DNA of 64,000 nt, from contig JBILVO010000004.1 in NCBI GenBank assembly GCA_044370415.1, positions 3,467 to 67,466 on the forward strand, read 5' to 3'. Numbering within the stretch: the first letter of the stretch is position 1; each line of letters starts with the position of its first letter. Below, one piece after another: positions 10,225 through 19,484 of the stretch. The notes below the pieces were generated by a model, which searched no databases, was not told the DNA's origin, and was given only the letters and a program-made list of their open reading frames with translations. Source of the DNA: Pirellulales bacterium (GTDB lineage Bacteria; Planctomycetota; Planctomycetia; Pirellulales; UBA1268). A program made the translations under genes and the position numbers.

Positions 10225-11414
10225 ACCTCCTGCCCGACCCCGCCTGCGACCGCGTTCAGCACGGCGCGCAGAACGCACGGCACCGTCCGCCCCTGCGGGC
10301 ATGCGGCCGGCGCTTGCGCGGAACGTGCTCGCGCACCCCTTGGCCATGTGGAGCCGCGTCGGGATGGCTCCGGGCGGCGGCCGCCGGGGCCGCGTTCCTG
10401 AGCGTCGGGGCCTGGCTGCAGACCGCGCGGCCGGCTCACGCCGCCCCCACACCGCACGAGCGGGCGGTGGACCGCGGGCTCGCGTGGCTCGAGCAGGCGC
10501 AGCAGACCGACGGCTCGTGGGGATCGGGGCCGTTTCGCGGCAGTGCCGCCGTCACCGCCCAGGTGGTGATGGCGATGATCGCCGCGGGCAGCACGCCGGC
10601 GTCGGGGCCTCATGCCGTGTCGGTTGCCCGCGGTGTCGAGCATCTCGTCGGCTGCGCGCGTGCCGACGGTCTCGTCGCGGGGGACGAGCAGGCGGCCCAC
10701 GGCCCCATGTATGCGCATGCCTTCGCCACCACGGCGCTGGCAGAGGCCTACGGCGAGGCCGACGACGACCGGCTGGCCGACATCCTCGTCGCTGCACGCG
10801 GCCTCATCGAGCGGACGCAGAACGAGCAGGGGGGCTGGCGGTACCAGCCCCAGCGACGCGACGCCGATCTCTCCGTGACCGCCGCCATGGTGGTCGCACT
10901 GCGGGCCCTCCACGACGGCGGCTTCGAGGTCTCCGCCGACACGGTCTCCCGCGCCGCCGACTTCCTCACCGCCCTGCAAAACGACGACGGAGGCTTTCGC
11001 TACCTGCCCGAGGCCGGCCCGAGCGGCGCACCGCGGACCGCCGCCGCCCTCTTCGCACTCCTGCTCGCGGGCCGGGCCGAAGCGACCGTGGGGGAGCGCG
11101 GTTTCTCCTGGCTCGACGACCATCCGATCACGCTCGACGCCGCCGATGGCTACGCCCTTTACGGGCTCGCCCACGAGACGGCGGCCCGGTGGCGGTGGCA
11201 GGGGCTGCGGACCGAGCGCACCGCCGCCTGGACGTCCTGGCACGCCGCGATCGCCGACCGGCTCGTCGACAGGCAGCGTGACGACGGCTCCTGGTCGGAT
11301 CCATCGTGCCCGGAATACGGGACCGCCGCCGCGATCTCCATCCTCGCGATGCCGCGGGGCCTGGTGCCGCTGTTTCAGCCCGAGCCCTCCGGCGAGCACG
11401 AGGAGCCGCGATGA
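10221..11414 (+). CDS. Prenyltransferase/squalene oxidase repeat protein
   Basis: QW-like repeats QQTDGSW, QNEQGGWRY, QNDDGGFRY, QRDDGSW; DADLSVT; YGTAAAISIL; twin-Arg-like/hydrophobic leader. Confidence 0.85.
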   Translation: MNLLPDPACDRVQHGAQNARHRPPLRACGRRLRGTCSRTPWPCGAASGWLRAAAAGAAFLSVGAWLQTARPAHAAPTPHERAVDRGLAWLEQAQQTDGSWGSGPFRGSAAVTAQVVMAMIAAGSTPASGPHAVSVARGVEHLVGCARADGLVAGDEQAAHGPMYAHAFATTALAEAYGEADDDRLADILVAARGLIERTQNEQGGWRYQPQRRDADLSVTAAMVVALRALHDGGFEVSADTVSRAADFLTALQNDDGGFRYLPEAGPSGAPRTAAALFALLLAGRAEATVGERGFSWLDDHPITLDAADGYALYGLAHETAARWRWQGLRTERTAAWTSWHAAIADRLVDRQRDDGSWSDPSCPEYGTAAAISILAMPRGLVPLFQPEPSGEHEEPR

Positions 11415-12697
11415 TCGGCTGCCGGTGGAAATGGTGGCCGCGGCTGCTCGTGATCATCGCGGCCGCCTGCCGCACGGACTCGAGCCTGGCGGCACAGCCG
11501 CAGGACGAGCCCGCTGCCCGGCGGCTCGAGCTGGCCGCGGCCCTGCACGACGGCGTCGAGCCGGAGGCGATCACGGCGGACCGCTCACGCTGGCGGCAGG
11601 TCGCGAACGCCGACGCGCGACCGGTCGTCGTGCCCACGTCCGCTGTGATCCGCTGGGGCGAATGCCCCCCGTGGCCGACCGGCCCCACGGTGCTCCTGGC
11701 CGACGGCGGCGTGCTCGCGGGCCGCATCGTAGCGGCCGACGAACGGACGATCGTCGTCGACACGGCCACGTTCGGCCCGCTCACGCTGCCGTCCGCCGCG
11801 GTCCGCGGCTGGCGCGTCAGCCCGGCCATCGGCCCCGGCCCGCTCGCAGAGGTGCGCACGTCGGGCGGCCGCCCGACCAGGCTGCTCCTCGCCAACGGCG
11901 ACCGTGTCACTGCCCGACGGGTCGCCTGGCGCGACGGCACGCTGAGCGTCACCCCCGAGGCCGGTCGCGCCGAAGGCCCCGCCTCCGGCGCGGTGACGAT
12001 CCCGGCCGCGGTGCTGCGGGCCGTCGACTTCGCGGTGTCGGAGCCGTCGCGGCCGGTCACCAGCGGGCTGTGCATCCTCGTCGCGGTGATGGACGGCTCG
12101 CGCTTCGCGATCGCCGCGCTCGAGCCGGCGCCAGCGATCGCGGGCGCCGCTCGGGTGCGACTCGCGCTGCGGCTGCCGGAGGCCGCCGTGGCCGTCGCGT
12201 GCGACGCCGACGAGATCCTGGCTGTCGCCGTGGACGGAGGCCGGGCCGGGCTCCTCGCTCCGCGCGACCCTGCCGCCTACGAGCAGACGCCCGTGCTGGG
12301 CCCGGCCTGGCCGCTGGCCCGCGGCCGCACGCTCACGGGCGACTGGCCGTCCCTCCGCGGCGCGACGGCGTTTTCGGCGCTCGGCATCCACTCGGCGGCG
12401 GCGGTCCGCTACCGCCTCGACGAGCCGGCGACACGATTCCGGGCACGCGTCGCGATCGACGATTCCGCGGCCACCGGAGGCAGCGTGGTCGTGCGTGTGG
12501 TGGCCGGCGATCCGGGGCACCCCGGGCGGGAGGTGTTTTCGTCGGGGGTGATCCGCGGTGGTGAGCCGCCGGTGCGGATCGACACTCCGCTGCCCGCCGC
12601 GACCGAGGTGCAGCTGGTGGTGGAGCCCGCGGGCGGCGGCGACGTCCTCGACCGCACGCTGTGGCTCGACCCGCTCGTCCTGCGGCAGGCCGAGTGA
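11411..12697 (+). CDS. NPCBM/NEW2 domain-containing exported protein
   Basis: Signal peptide; C-terminal ALGIHSAAAVRYRL...FRARVAIDD...VQLVVEPAGGGDVLDRTLWLDP. Confidence 0.75.
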   Translation: MIGCRWKWWPRLLVIIAAACRTDSSLAAQPQDEPAARRLELAAALHDGVEPEAITADRSRWRQVANADARPVVVPTSAVIRWGECPPWPTGPTVLLADGGVLAGRIVAADERTIVVDTATFGPLTLPSAAVRGWRVSPAIGPGPLAEVRTSGGRPTRLLLANGDRVTARRVAWRDGTLSVTPEAGRAEGPASGAVTIPAAVLRAVDFAVSEPSRPVTSGLCILVAVMDGSRFAIAALEPAPAIAGAARVRLALRLPEAAVAVACDADEILAVAVDGGRAGLLAPRDPAAYEQTPVLGPAWPLARGRTLTGDWPSLRGATAFSALGIHSAAAVRYRLDEPATRFRARVAIDDSAATGGSVVVRVVAGDPGHPGREVFSSGVIRGGEPPVRIDTPLPAATEVQLVVEPAGGGDVLDRTLWLDPLVLRQAE

Positions 12698-12778
12698 CTC
12701 TCGCCGCGCATCATCGCGCCGCTCGATCACCCGGCATGCCAGGGCAATACCGTGCACGACTGTGGCGCATCGGGCCCA

Positions 12779-13960
12779 TCACCTCCTCGGGCCACCCTGC
12801 ATGGTCTTCGGCCCACCCTTCGTCGCCTTCGGCCCGCCCTTCATTGCCATCAAGGAGTCGGCCATCTGCCCCGACGACACACATACAGGGATCAGCCCCA
12901 CACCGACGAGGAGAACGCACATGAGATACGCGGGTGCATACTTGAGGAACCCGGTGAATCGCTCGGGAGCAGCATCCCCACCCACTACCGAAGACCCCAA
13001 CGCGCCAGTCGACTCCGAGGTCGCACCAACCCTGTCGGGCATGTCGCCCGCCACCGGCGAGTCAAGCGGGGCGTCCTGCCGGTCCGCGCGAGCCGGCGCA
13101 TCCGGCGATCCCTCGTCGACGACGTCCTGTCGCTCGGCCTTGAACAGCCGCTCGGCGTTCACGCGAAACGACTCGAACAGGCTCCGCTTCTCCCCAACGC
13201 TCACCGGTTTCGCAAGTTCCTCGAGCATCGCCTCGTAGGCACGCGAATCGAACGTGTTCGTGGCCGCATTCGTCCGTGGCGGAGGGATGAGTGACAAGAG
13301 CATCTCGGCCGCCATGACGCGCGCCTCGGCATCGTCACCACAGCTGATCTCCAGTTTCTCGTCTTCCGTGAGCTTCCGCACGACCCCCGAAAAAGCGACG
13401 GCGTAGGAGAACGTGCCTCTTTTCACTCGCATGCACGGCCTGACGTCCCAATCGTCGTTGGATATCCCCATCATCACGATCAGCGTGAACAACTGCTTCG
13501 TCTTTACGCCGCTCTCCGCCTGCGAAGACACCCACGTGCGCCCGTTCGGCTCACGGATAATGAAGTCCGTGAGCAGCATGGGATCCGGTCGTTTCTGCGG
13601 CTCCTTGAAGTAGCCCAATTCCTGGAGCTTGTTGATCCACATCTCTCCAAGACATTTGCCAAACCCCCTGAATTCGTAGCGTCGATCCTTCTCCAACATG
13701 GCCACATAGCTCCAACTCCCATCCCCTCCATCCTTCCTGGTCTCTTTGCCTGCGTTTTCGCACGACTTGATGAACGGGGAAATGCGGGATTCGTGGAACG
13801 CCATCCAGTTGCGAAAGCTCTGCAACGCCATGCCGGAAGTGACTTCCTGACTCGCGAGCACGTTCCCGAAATGGAAATTCGAGTAATTCTCAAACAGGAA
13901 ATAGAGCAACGAGCCAACGCTCACCGCGATGATCGCGAAGGACGCAAACTTCCGAACCAT
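12779..13960 (-). CDS. Low-GC orphan protein with N- and C-terminal hydrophobic segments
   Basis: Long ORF in an AT-richer segment where alternative frames are closed; MVRKFASFAIIAVSVGSLLYFLF leader; C-terminal YAPAYLMCVLLVGVGLIPVCV; alternative start 13993. Confidence 0.65.
   Translation of the reverse strand: MVRKFASFAIIAVSVGSLLYFLFENYSNFHFGNVLASQEVTSGMALQSFRNWMAFHESRISPFIKSCENAGKETRKDGGDGSWSYVAMLEKDRRYEFRGFGKCLGEMWINKLQELGYFKEPQKRPDPMLLTDFIIREPNGRTWVSSQAESGVKTKQLFTLIVMMGISNDDWDVRPCMRVKRGTFSYAVAFSGVVRKLTEDEKLEISCGDDAEARVMAAEMLLSLIPPPRTNAATNTFDSRAYEAMLEELAKPVSVGEKRSLFESFRVNAERLFKAERQDVVDEGSPDAPARADRQDAPLDSPVAGDMPDRVGATSESTGALGSSVVGGDAAPERFTGFLKYAPAYLMCVLLVGVGLIPVCVSSGQMADSLMAMKGGPKATKGGPKTMQGGPRR
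12789..12851. repeat. 3 x 21-bp imperfect tandem repeat (encodes GGPK-type heptads at the C-terminus of the orphan gene)
   Basis: GGGCCACCCTGCATGGTCTTC / GGCCCACCCTTCGTCGCCTTC / GGCCCGCCCTTCATTGCCATC. Confidence 0.7.
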
Positions 13961-14287
13961 GAACAGGCACCCTTTGGCGAAACAACGCCCCACGGCGTGA
14001 GAACACTCCCCTCTTCAGGGGGCTGCGCCCGTTCAGGTTAGGGGAAGTCGGCGACGTCGTCAATCATCATCGTCGACCATCTTCGTGGCCGTGCTCGCGG
14101 CGTTGATCCGATGCGACCAGACGCACGGTGGGAAAGCGTCCGTGCATAAACGGCGCCTGCCTGCAGCTTCCTTGCCTGCGCGTACACTGAGTGCGAGGCG
14201 TCGATCGGGCGCCACGGACAGGTTTTCGAGATCTCACCACGCTTCGGAGCCCGATTGCCCCCGCCCCATCCTTTCGGAGATCACACA

Positions 14288-16285
14288 ATGGCTGGCAGCG
14301 TCATCCATCCCGCGCTCGTGAGATCGCTCGTTCTGGTGTCGTTGAGCGCCGCCGTGGCCGTCGGACAGCAGCCCGTCAGGCCGATTCCGCCGCCGGGCAT
14401 CGAGGTGCCGGAGCAGGACGCCAAGCAGCTCGCGGAGGGCATCCGCCAGCTCGGCGGGCAGATCGAGATCCTCCGCAAGAAGCTCAAGGCCAAGCCCCGG
14501 CACCTGGCGCTCCTCCCCGACGTCGAGATCTTCCACAAGTCGGCCGACTGGGCGCTGCGGCACCGCGAGTTCTTCGATCCCAAGCAGATCGCCGTCGCCA
14601 AGGAGCACGTCCTCCGCGGCATGCAGCGGGCGCAGGAACTCTTCGCCGGCAAGCCCTCGTGGACCAAGGCCACTGGGCTCGTCGTGCGGGGCTACGTCTC
14701 CGCGATCGACGGCTCCGTGCAGCCCTACGGACTCGAGGTCCCGGAGAACTGGAAGCCCGGGGAAAAGGCCGGCCGACGGCTCGACTTCTGGATGCACGGC
14801 CGCGGAGAGAAGCTCAGCGAGCTCGACTTCATCGAGCAGCGGCTGAAGAACAAGGGAGAGTTCGCGCCGCAGGATGCGTTCGTGCTGCACCTCTACGGCC
14901 GCTACTGCTGCGCCAACAAGTTCGCCGGCGAGGTGGATCTCTTCGAGGCGCTCGCCCACGCCCGCGATCACTACACGATCGACCCCGACAAGCTCGTGGT
15001 CCGCGGCTTTTCCATGGGCGGAGCCTCCTGCTGGCAGTTCGCCACGCACTTCGGCTCGCTGTGGGCGGCGGCCGCCCCGGGCGCCGGCTTCGCGGAGTCA
15101 AAGGAGTTTCTTCGCCTCGGCACGAGCCCCGAAAAACCGCTGCCCGCGGCATGGGAGCAGACGCTCTGGCGGTGGTACGACGCGACCGTCTACGCGGGCA
15201 ATCTCGCCAACGTTCCCACGATCGCCTACTCCGGCGAGACCGACGGCCAGAAGCAGGCAGCCGACATCATGCTGAAGTTTCTCGATCAGGAAGGGCTCAG
15301 CGTGCCGCACGTCATCGGCCCGCAGACGGCCCACAAGTACCACCCCGACTCGAAGCGGGAGATCGAGGAGTTTCTCGCGAAGGCGGTGGCCGACAGGAAG
15401 GCCGTGCCCGAGACGATTCGGTTCACGACCTACACGCTGATCTACCCGAAGATGGGCTGGGTGGAGGCGGAGGGGCTGGAGCGGCACTGGGAGCGGGCCG
15501 ACGTCGTGGCCAGCCTCGGCGCGGACGGCATCGAAGCCACGACCAAGAACGTCACGGCGCTCTGCCTGCACGCCGGCGAGCTGCCACGGTTTGCCGAAGC
15601 CAAGAAAATTCCGGTCGTGATCGACGGCGAACGGCTCGACGTGCCGGTCGAAGATGGCCAGGCGCAGCTGCACCGCGGAAAGGACGGGTGGCGGGCCGGG
15701 GCAACGCCGTCCGCCGGACTCCGCAAGCAGCCGGGGCTCTGCGGGCCGATCGATCATGCGTTCATGGCGCCGTTTGTGATGGTGAAACCCACGGGCAGGC
15801 CGCTCAACGAGAAGGTGGGGCGGTGGGTCGAGGCCGAGGCCGCCCATGCCGCCGACTTCTGGCGAAAGGTGTTTCGCGGCGACGCGCCGGTGAAGAACGA
15901 CAAGGCCGTGAGCGAGGCCGACATCGAGCGGTGCAACCTCGTCCTCTGGGGCGACCCCTCGAGCAACGCGGTGCTCGGCCGCATCCTGCCGCAGCTCCCC
16001 ATCGAATGGACCGGCAAGGAGCTGCGCATGAGCGGCGCCACTCACGACGCCGGCCACTGCGCGCCGGTGCTGATCTTTCCGAACCCGCTCAACCCGCGCC
16101 GCTACGTCGTGGTCAACAGCGGCGTCACGTTTCGCGAGGAGGCGCTGCTCAACAACGCCAACCAGATCCCGAAGCTGCCCGACTGGGCGGTGATCGACCT
16201 CGACAGCCCGCCCGACGCGGTCCGGCCCGGCAAGGTGCTCGACGCCGGGTTCTTCGACGAGCGGTGGGAGCTCGTCCGGCCCTGA
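14288..16285 (+). CDS. Exported alpha/beta hydrolase (prolyl oligopeptidase-like family)
   Basis: Signal peptide; LDFWMHGRGE, nucleophile elbow GFSMGG, GETDGQ, TAHKYH. Confidence 0.8.
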   Translation: MAGSVIHPALVRSLVLVSLSAAVAVGQQPVRPIPPPGIEVPEQDAKQLAEGIRQLGGQIEILRKKLKAKPRHLALLPDVEIFHKSADWALRHREFFDPKQIAVAKEHVLRGMQRAQELFAGKPSWTKATGLVVRGYVSAIDGSVQPYGLEVPENWKPGEKAGRRLDFWMHGRGEKLSELDFIEQRLKNKGEFAPQDAFVLHLYGRYCCANKFAGEVDLFEALAHARDHYTIDPDKLVVRGFSMGGASCWQFATHFGSLWAAAAPGAGFAESKEFLRLGTSPEKPLPAAWEQTLWRWYDATVYAGNLANVPTIAYSGETDGQKQAADIMLKFLDQEGLSVPHVIGPQTAHKYHPDSKREIEEFLAKAVADRKAVPETIRFTTYTLIYPKMGWVEAEGLERHWERADVVASLGADGIEATTKNVTALCLHAGELPRFAEAKKIPVVIDGERLDVPVEDGQAQLHRGKDGWRAGATPSAGLRKQPGLCGPIDHAFMAPFVMVKPTGRPLNEKVGRWVEAEAAHAADFWRKVFRGDAPVKNDKAVSEADIERCNLVLWGDPSSNAVLGRILPQLPIEWTGKELRMSGATHDAGHCAPVLIFPNPLNPRRYVVVNSGVTFREEALLNNANQIPKLPDWAVIDLDSPPDAVRPGKVLDAGFFDERWELVRP

Positions 16286-16297
16286 CGGCGACGCAGC

Positions 16298-17503
16298 CTA
16301 CGCCCCGTACTTGCCGAACCGCAGTGCGTGGGCCATCGCCAAGAGCATGAGGTGCTTCGCCGGAAACTGGCCGAACCCGCCCCGCAGGCACTCGCGCTCC
16401 GAAAATTTCTCGAGGCCGTCGGGCCGGCAGGTGTCGGCCACCAGCAGCGTCGGCACCGGGTGCCAGCTGTGGCTCTTGAGCCTGCTCGGGGTGGAGTGGT
16501 CGCCCGTGACGATGAGCACGTCGGGCTTGAGCTTCTCGATCCGCGGGATCGCCCGATCGAGCTCCTCGATCCGCTTCACCTTCTGCTCGAAGGCGCCGTC
16601 CTCGCCGGTCGAGTCGGTGTACTTGAAGTGCAGGAAGAAGAAGTCGTAATCCTTCCAGCACTTCTCCAGGGCGTCGATCTGTTCGTCAAGCGACTGGGCC
16701 TTGCCCACGAGTGTCATGCCGGCCAGCTGGGCCAGCCCCTTGTACATGGGATAGACGGCGATCGCAGCGGCCCGCAGGCCGTAGAGGTCGAGGTAGCTCG
16801 GCAGCTGCGGCTTGGCGGCGAAGCCGCGGAGCACCATGCCGTTGGCCTTCTTCTCGTCGGCCAGGATCGCCCGGGCCTGCCGCACGAACTCCTTGGCGAC
16901 CTCGGCGGTCCGCTGCGCCGCGGGGGAGACCGCGACCGGATCGAGCGGCGCCACGCCGATGGCCTGCGGGTCGGTGTCGGCGACCGCGCCGTCGAGCCCC
17001 TTGCCACGGAACACGACCACGAAGCGGTGCTCCTTCACGGGCTTCACGAACGTCTCCACGCCGGTGATCTTCACGCCCTGGAGCCGCTCGACCACCTTGA
17101 AGCTCTCGTCGGAGGGGATCCGCCCCGCGCGGCGATCGCTGATCAGGCCGGCGGAATCGAGCGTGCAGAAGTTGCCCCGCGCGGCCACGTCGTCGGGTCC
17201 GAGCTCGAAGCCGATGCCGGTCGCCTCGAGCGCACCGCGGCCGATCTTGAAGGCGAGCGGGTCGTAGCCGAAGAGCCCGAGGTGGCCCGGCCCCGACCCG
17301 GGAGTGATGCCGGGCAGCACCGGCACGCTCAGGCCGCTGGTGCCGCGGCGGGCCAGGGCGTCGAGGTGGGGCGTCGTGGCGGTCTCGAGTTCCGTCCTGC
17401 CGCCCGGCTCCATCGGCAGCCCGCCGAGGCCGTCGGCGACCAGCATCACGATCTTCGAGCCGTTCTTCTCGACCAAGTCCCGCACCAGCTCATGCTCTGT
17501 CAC
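16298..17503 (-). CDS. apgM: 2,3-bisphosphoglycerate-independent phosphoglycerate mutase (archaeal/ApgM type)
   Basis: ADGLGG, TELETATTPHLD, TPGSGPGHLGLFGYDP, HFKYTDSTGEDG, TGDHSTP, HSWHPVP; GTG start after GAGGAG. Confidence 0.92.
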   Translation of the reverse strand: MTEHELVRDLVEKNGSKIVMLVADGLGGLPMEPGGRTELETATTPHLDALARRGTSGLSVPVLPGITPGSGPGHLGLFGYDPLAFKIGRGALEATGIGFELGPDDVAARGNFCTLDSAGLISDRRAGRIPSDESFKVVERLQGVKITGVETFVKPVKEHRFVVVFRGKGLDGAVADTDPQAIGVAPLDPVAVSPAAQRTAEVAKEFVRQARAILADEKKANGMVLRGFAAKPQLPSYLDLYGLRAAAIAVYPMYKGLAQLAGMTLVGKAQSLDEQIDALEKCWKDYDFFFLHFKYTDSTGEDGAFEQKVKRIEELDRAIPRIEKLKPDVLIVTGDHSTPSRLKSHSWHPVPTLLVADTCRPDGLEKFSERECLRGGFGQFPAKHLMLLAMAHALRFGKYGA

Positions 17504-17586
17504 GATTGGCAACTCCTCAGGGTGAGCCAAGGTTTTCGGCCGTTTGCCCGCCGCCTGCAAGAGGCGCGGGCGGTTCGCGGGAGGGA

Positions 17587-18042
17587 TCAGTCGCCGGCAG
17601 TCGGGCCGGGGCAGGCGTCCACGGCCCGCCGCAGCGCGAATCGCGTGGCGACGTGCAGGAGGAACCCGACGGGACCGGCCAGAAACGTGAACACGAGCGC
17701 GATCGTGCGGATGGGCCAGGGGAGGCCGAGCCGGACGGCATCCCTGGCGATCCACGCCCCCACGACCATGTCGAACACGAGATAGTGCGTCCAGGCTGCG
17801 GCGAACACCCAGTCGTCGGCGAACACAGCCCGCAGGCCGGTGAGCGTCATGACGTCGTCCGGCGGCGGGCCGTTCTCCGCGAGCTTCCAGCCGATCACGG
17901 CGGCGTAGGCCGCCGCCAGCAGCCCGGGCACGAGCACAGCGCAGAGCGTGTGAGAGACGAACCTCCGGCCCGGCGCGGCCACCAGGACGATCCAGGCGAG
18001 CAGGGCGACGGTGTTCGTGACCTGAAAAAAGAGCTGGGGCAT
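17587..18042 (-). CDS. ABA4-like (DUF4281) membrane protein
   Basis: AAAWTHYLVFDMVVGAWIARDA and FTFLAGPVGFLL motifs. Confidence 0.82.
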   Translation of the reverse strand: MPQLFFQVTNTVALLAWIVLVAAPGRRFVSHTLCAVLVPGLLAAAYAAVIGWKLAENGPPPDDVMTLTGLRAVFADDWVFAAAWTHYLVFDMVVGAWIARDAVRLGLPWPIRTIALVFTFLAGPVGFLLHVATRFALRRAVDACPGPTAGD

Positions 18043-18137
18043 GGCTGCATCCACTACAACTGCGTCTGCGATGATGACGGCGCCGCCCCACAGAGACTAT
18101 CCTCCCGCCGCCCCAGCCGACACCGTTGCCCGCCGCG

Positions 18138-19397
18138 ATGAGCGTCATTCGCCCCAAGCCGCCCGAGGATCCGATCGAGTACGCCCCCACGGCTCGCGCG
18201 GCCGCGTCCGGGGCGGCGGAAGCGTCCGCGGTGCCGATCGACGCGCTCGTGCACGCGCGGGAGGCGGCCGGCGACGATCCCGTGGTGCGGATTCCGGAGC
18301 AACTGCTCGCCGACTACAACGGCACGTCGGCCGGGCGGCCCGCCGGCCGGACGCGGGCCACGAGCGAGCTGTTCGCGATCCTGCAGGCGGCGCGCGGGAT
18401 CCGCGACACGGTCGACCGCATGATCGTGGCGGGCGATGCCGGCGCCGTGCAGGCGGTGCGGGCGGTCTTCTCCTGCTGCTGCCATCCGTTCCACAACGAG
18501 CTCCCCCGCGGTGAGCGCGGAGGCCGGCCGCGGCTCTCGTTCGTGGGCCATCCCCTCGATGCTGACGCACTCCAGGGGCTCGTCGACCTCGTCGCCCCGG
18601 CGGGTGCGGCCCGGACGGGAGACCTGCTGGAGCAATGGGGCGTCGTGCTCTGCGCCGGTGACGACGAGTCACCGGCGGCGCGGCTCCTGCCACGGCTGCT
18701 CGCCCGGTCCGTCGGCGACGATCCCTCGCGGACCGCCGATCGCGTCGCCACGGTCCTGCGGCCGGCCTCCTCCGACGGTGACGTCGCCCATGTCGCACAT
18801 GTCGCCCATGTCACGCAGGCCGTCGGCAGCCGGCACGCGTTCGTGATGCCCGACGTCGCCGGTGAGCGCGGCGTGTTCACGGCCGCCTGCCTGCTCCCTC
18901 TGGCGATCGTGGGCATCGACGTGGTGCGGCTCCTGCAGGGGGCCGTCCTGATGAATCGTCGATTCCGGGAGGCGGCGGCCGATCTGAATCCGGCGCTGCA
19001 GTGCGCCGCGGTCTCCCGCCTCGCGGGCCGGCGGGGGCACGCGCCGCCACGGCTCGTCTCGCCCGATACGGATCGGCTGTTCGAACTCGCGCGCTGGCAC
19101 GAGCTGCTCGCGACCGGCCACGCCGGCGCCGCGGCGGTCGAGGCCGCGGCCCAGGTCACGCTGCTCCGCGCCGGCGCGCCGCGGCGCGATCCCGAGGCGG
19201 CGGTGCCTCTGGCGACCGCGGGCGGCTTCGTCCGCGGACGCGATGGTGCCTCCGCCCCGCAGCCGACGACGGCCGCCGGCGTCGGTCCGCATGTCGCCGC
19301 CGTCGTCCACCTGCCGCGGATCGACGAGCATGCGATCGGCCAGCTGTTGCAGATGCACCTGCTGGCGGCCGTCGTGGAGGAGCGGCTCCCCGACTGA
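18138..19397 (+). CDS. Degenerate glucose-6-phosphate isomerase-like (SIS fold) protein, catalytic motifs lost
   Basis: HNELPRGERGGRPRLSF, LLPLAIVGIDVVRLLQGAVLMNRRF, LPRIDEHAIGQLLQMHLL align to PGI; GIGGS, SKSGGT and ESxGK motifs absent. Confidence 0.65.
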   Translation: MSVIRPKPPEDPIEYAPTARAAASGAAEASAVPIDALVHAREAAGDDPVVRIPEQLLADYNGTSAGRPAGRTRATSELFAILQAARGIRDTVDRMIVAGDAGAVQAVRAVFSCCCHPFHNELPRGERGGRPRLSFVGHPLDADALQGLVDLVAPAGAARTGDLLEQWGVVLCAGDDESPAARLLPRLLARSVGDDPSRTADRVATVLRPASSDGDVAHVAHVAHVTQAVGSRHAFVMPDVAGERGVFTAACLLPLAIVGIDVVRLLQGAVLMNRRFREAAADLNPALQCAAVSRLAGRRGHAPPRLVSPDTDRLFELARWHELLATGHAGAAAVEAAAQVTLLRAGAPRRDPEAAVPLATAGGFVRGRDGASAPQPTTAAGVGPHVAAVVHLPRIDEHAIGQLLQMHLLAAVVEERLPD

Positions 19398-19484
19398 GCG
19401 CCGCCGGGTATATTCCGCCACGCCGCGGCGGACGACCGCAGCGACGGCCGCAACGCCTCGAGGCCAGCCCTGGAGACCCATCGC

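Noticed and set aside
10221-11414. Squalene-hopene cyclase
   Set aside because: Only ~400 aa, single barrel, no DxDD catalytic motif
14041-14288. Small peptide gene or ncRNA upstream of the low-GC orphan
   Set aside because: Candidate ORFs lack an RBS and coding-like composition; no recognisable RNA motif
17504-18190. N-terminal extension of apgM in the ORF track
   Set aside because: Overlaps the ABA4-like gene in another frame; a strong GAGGAG RBS precedes GTG 17503
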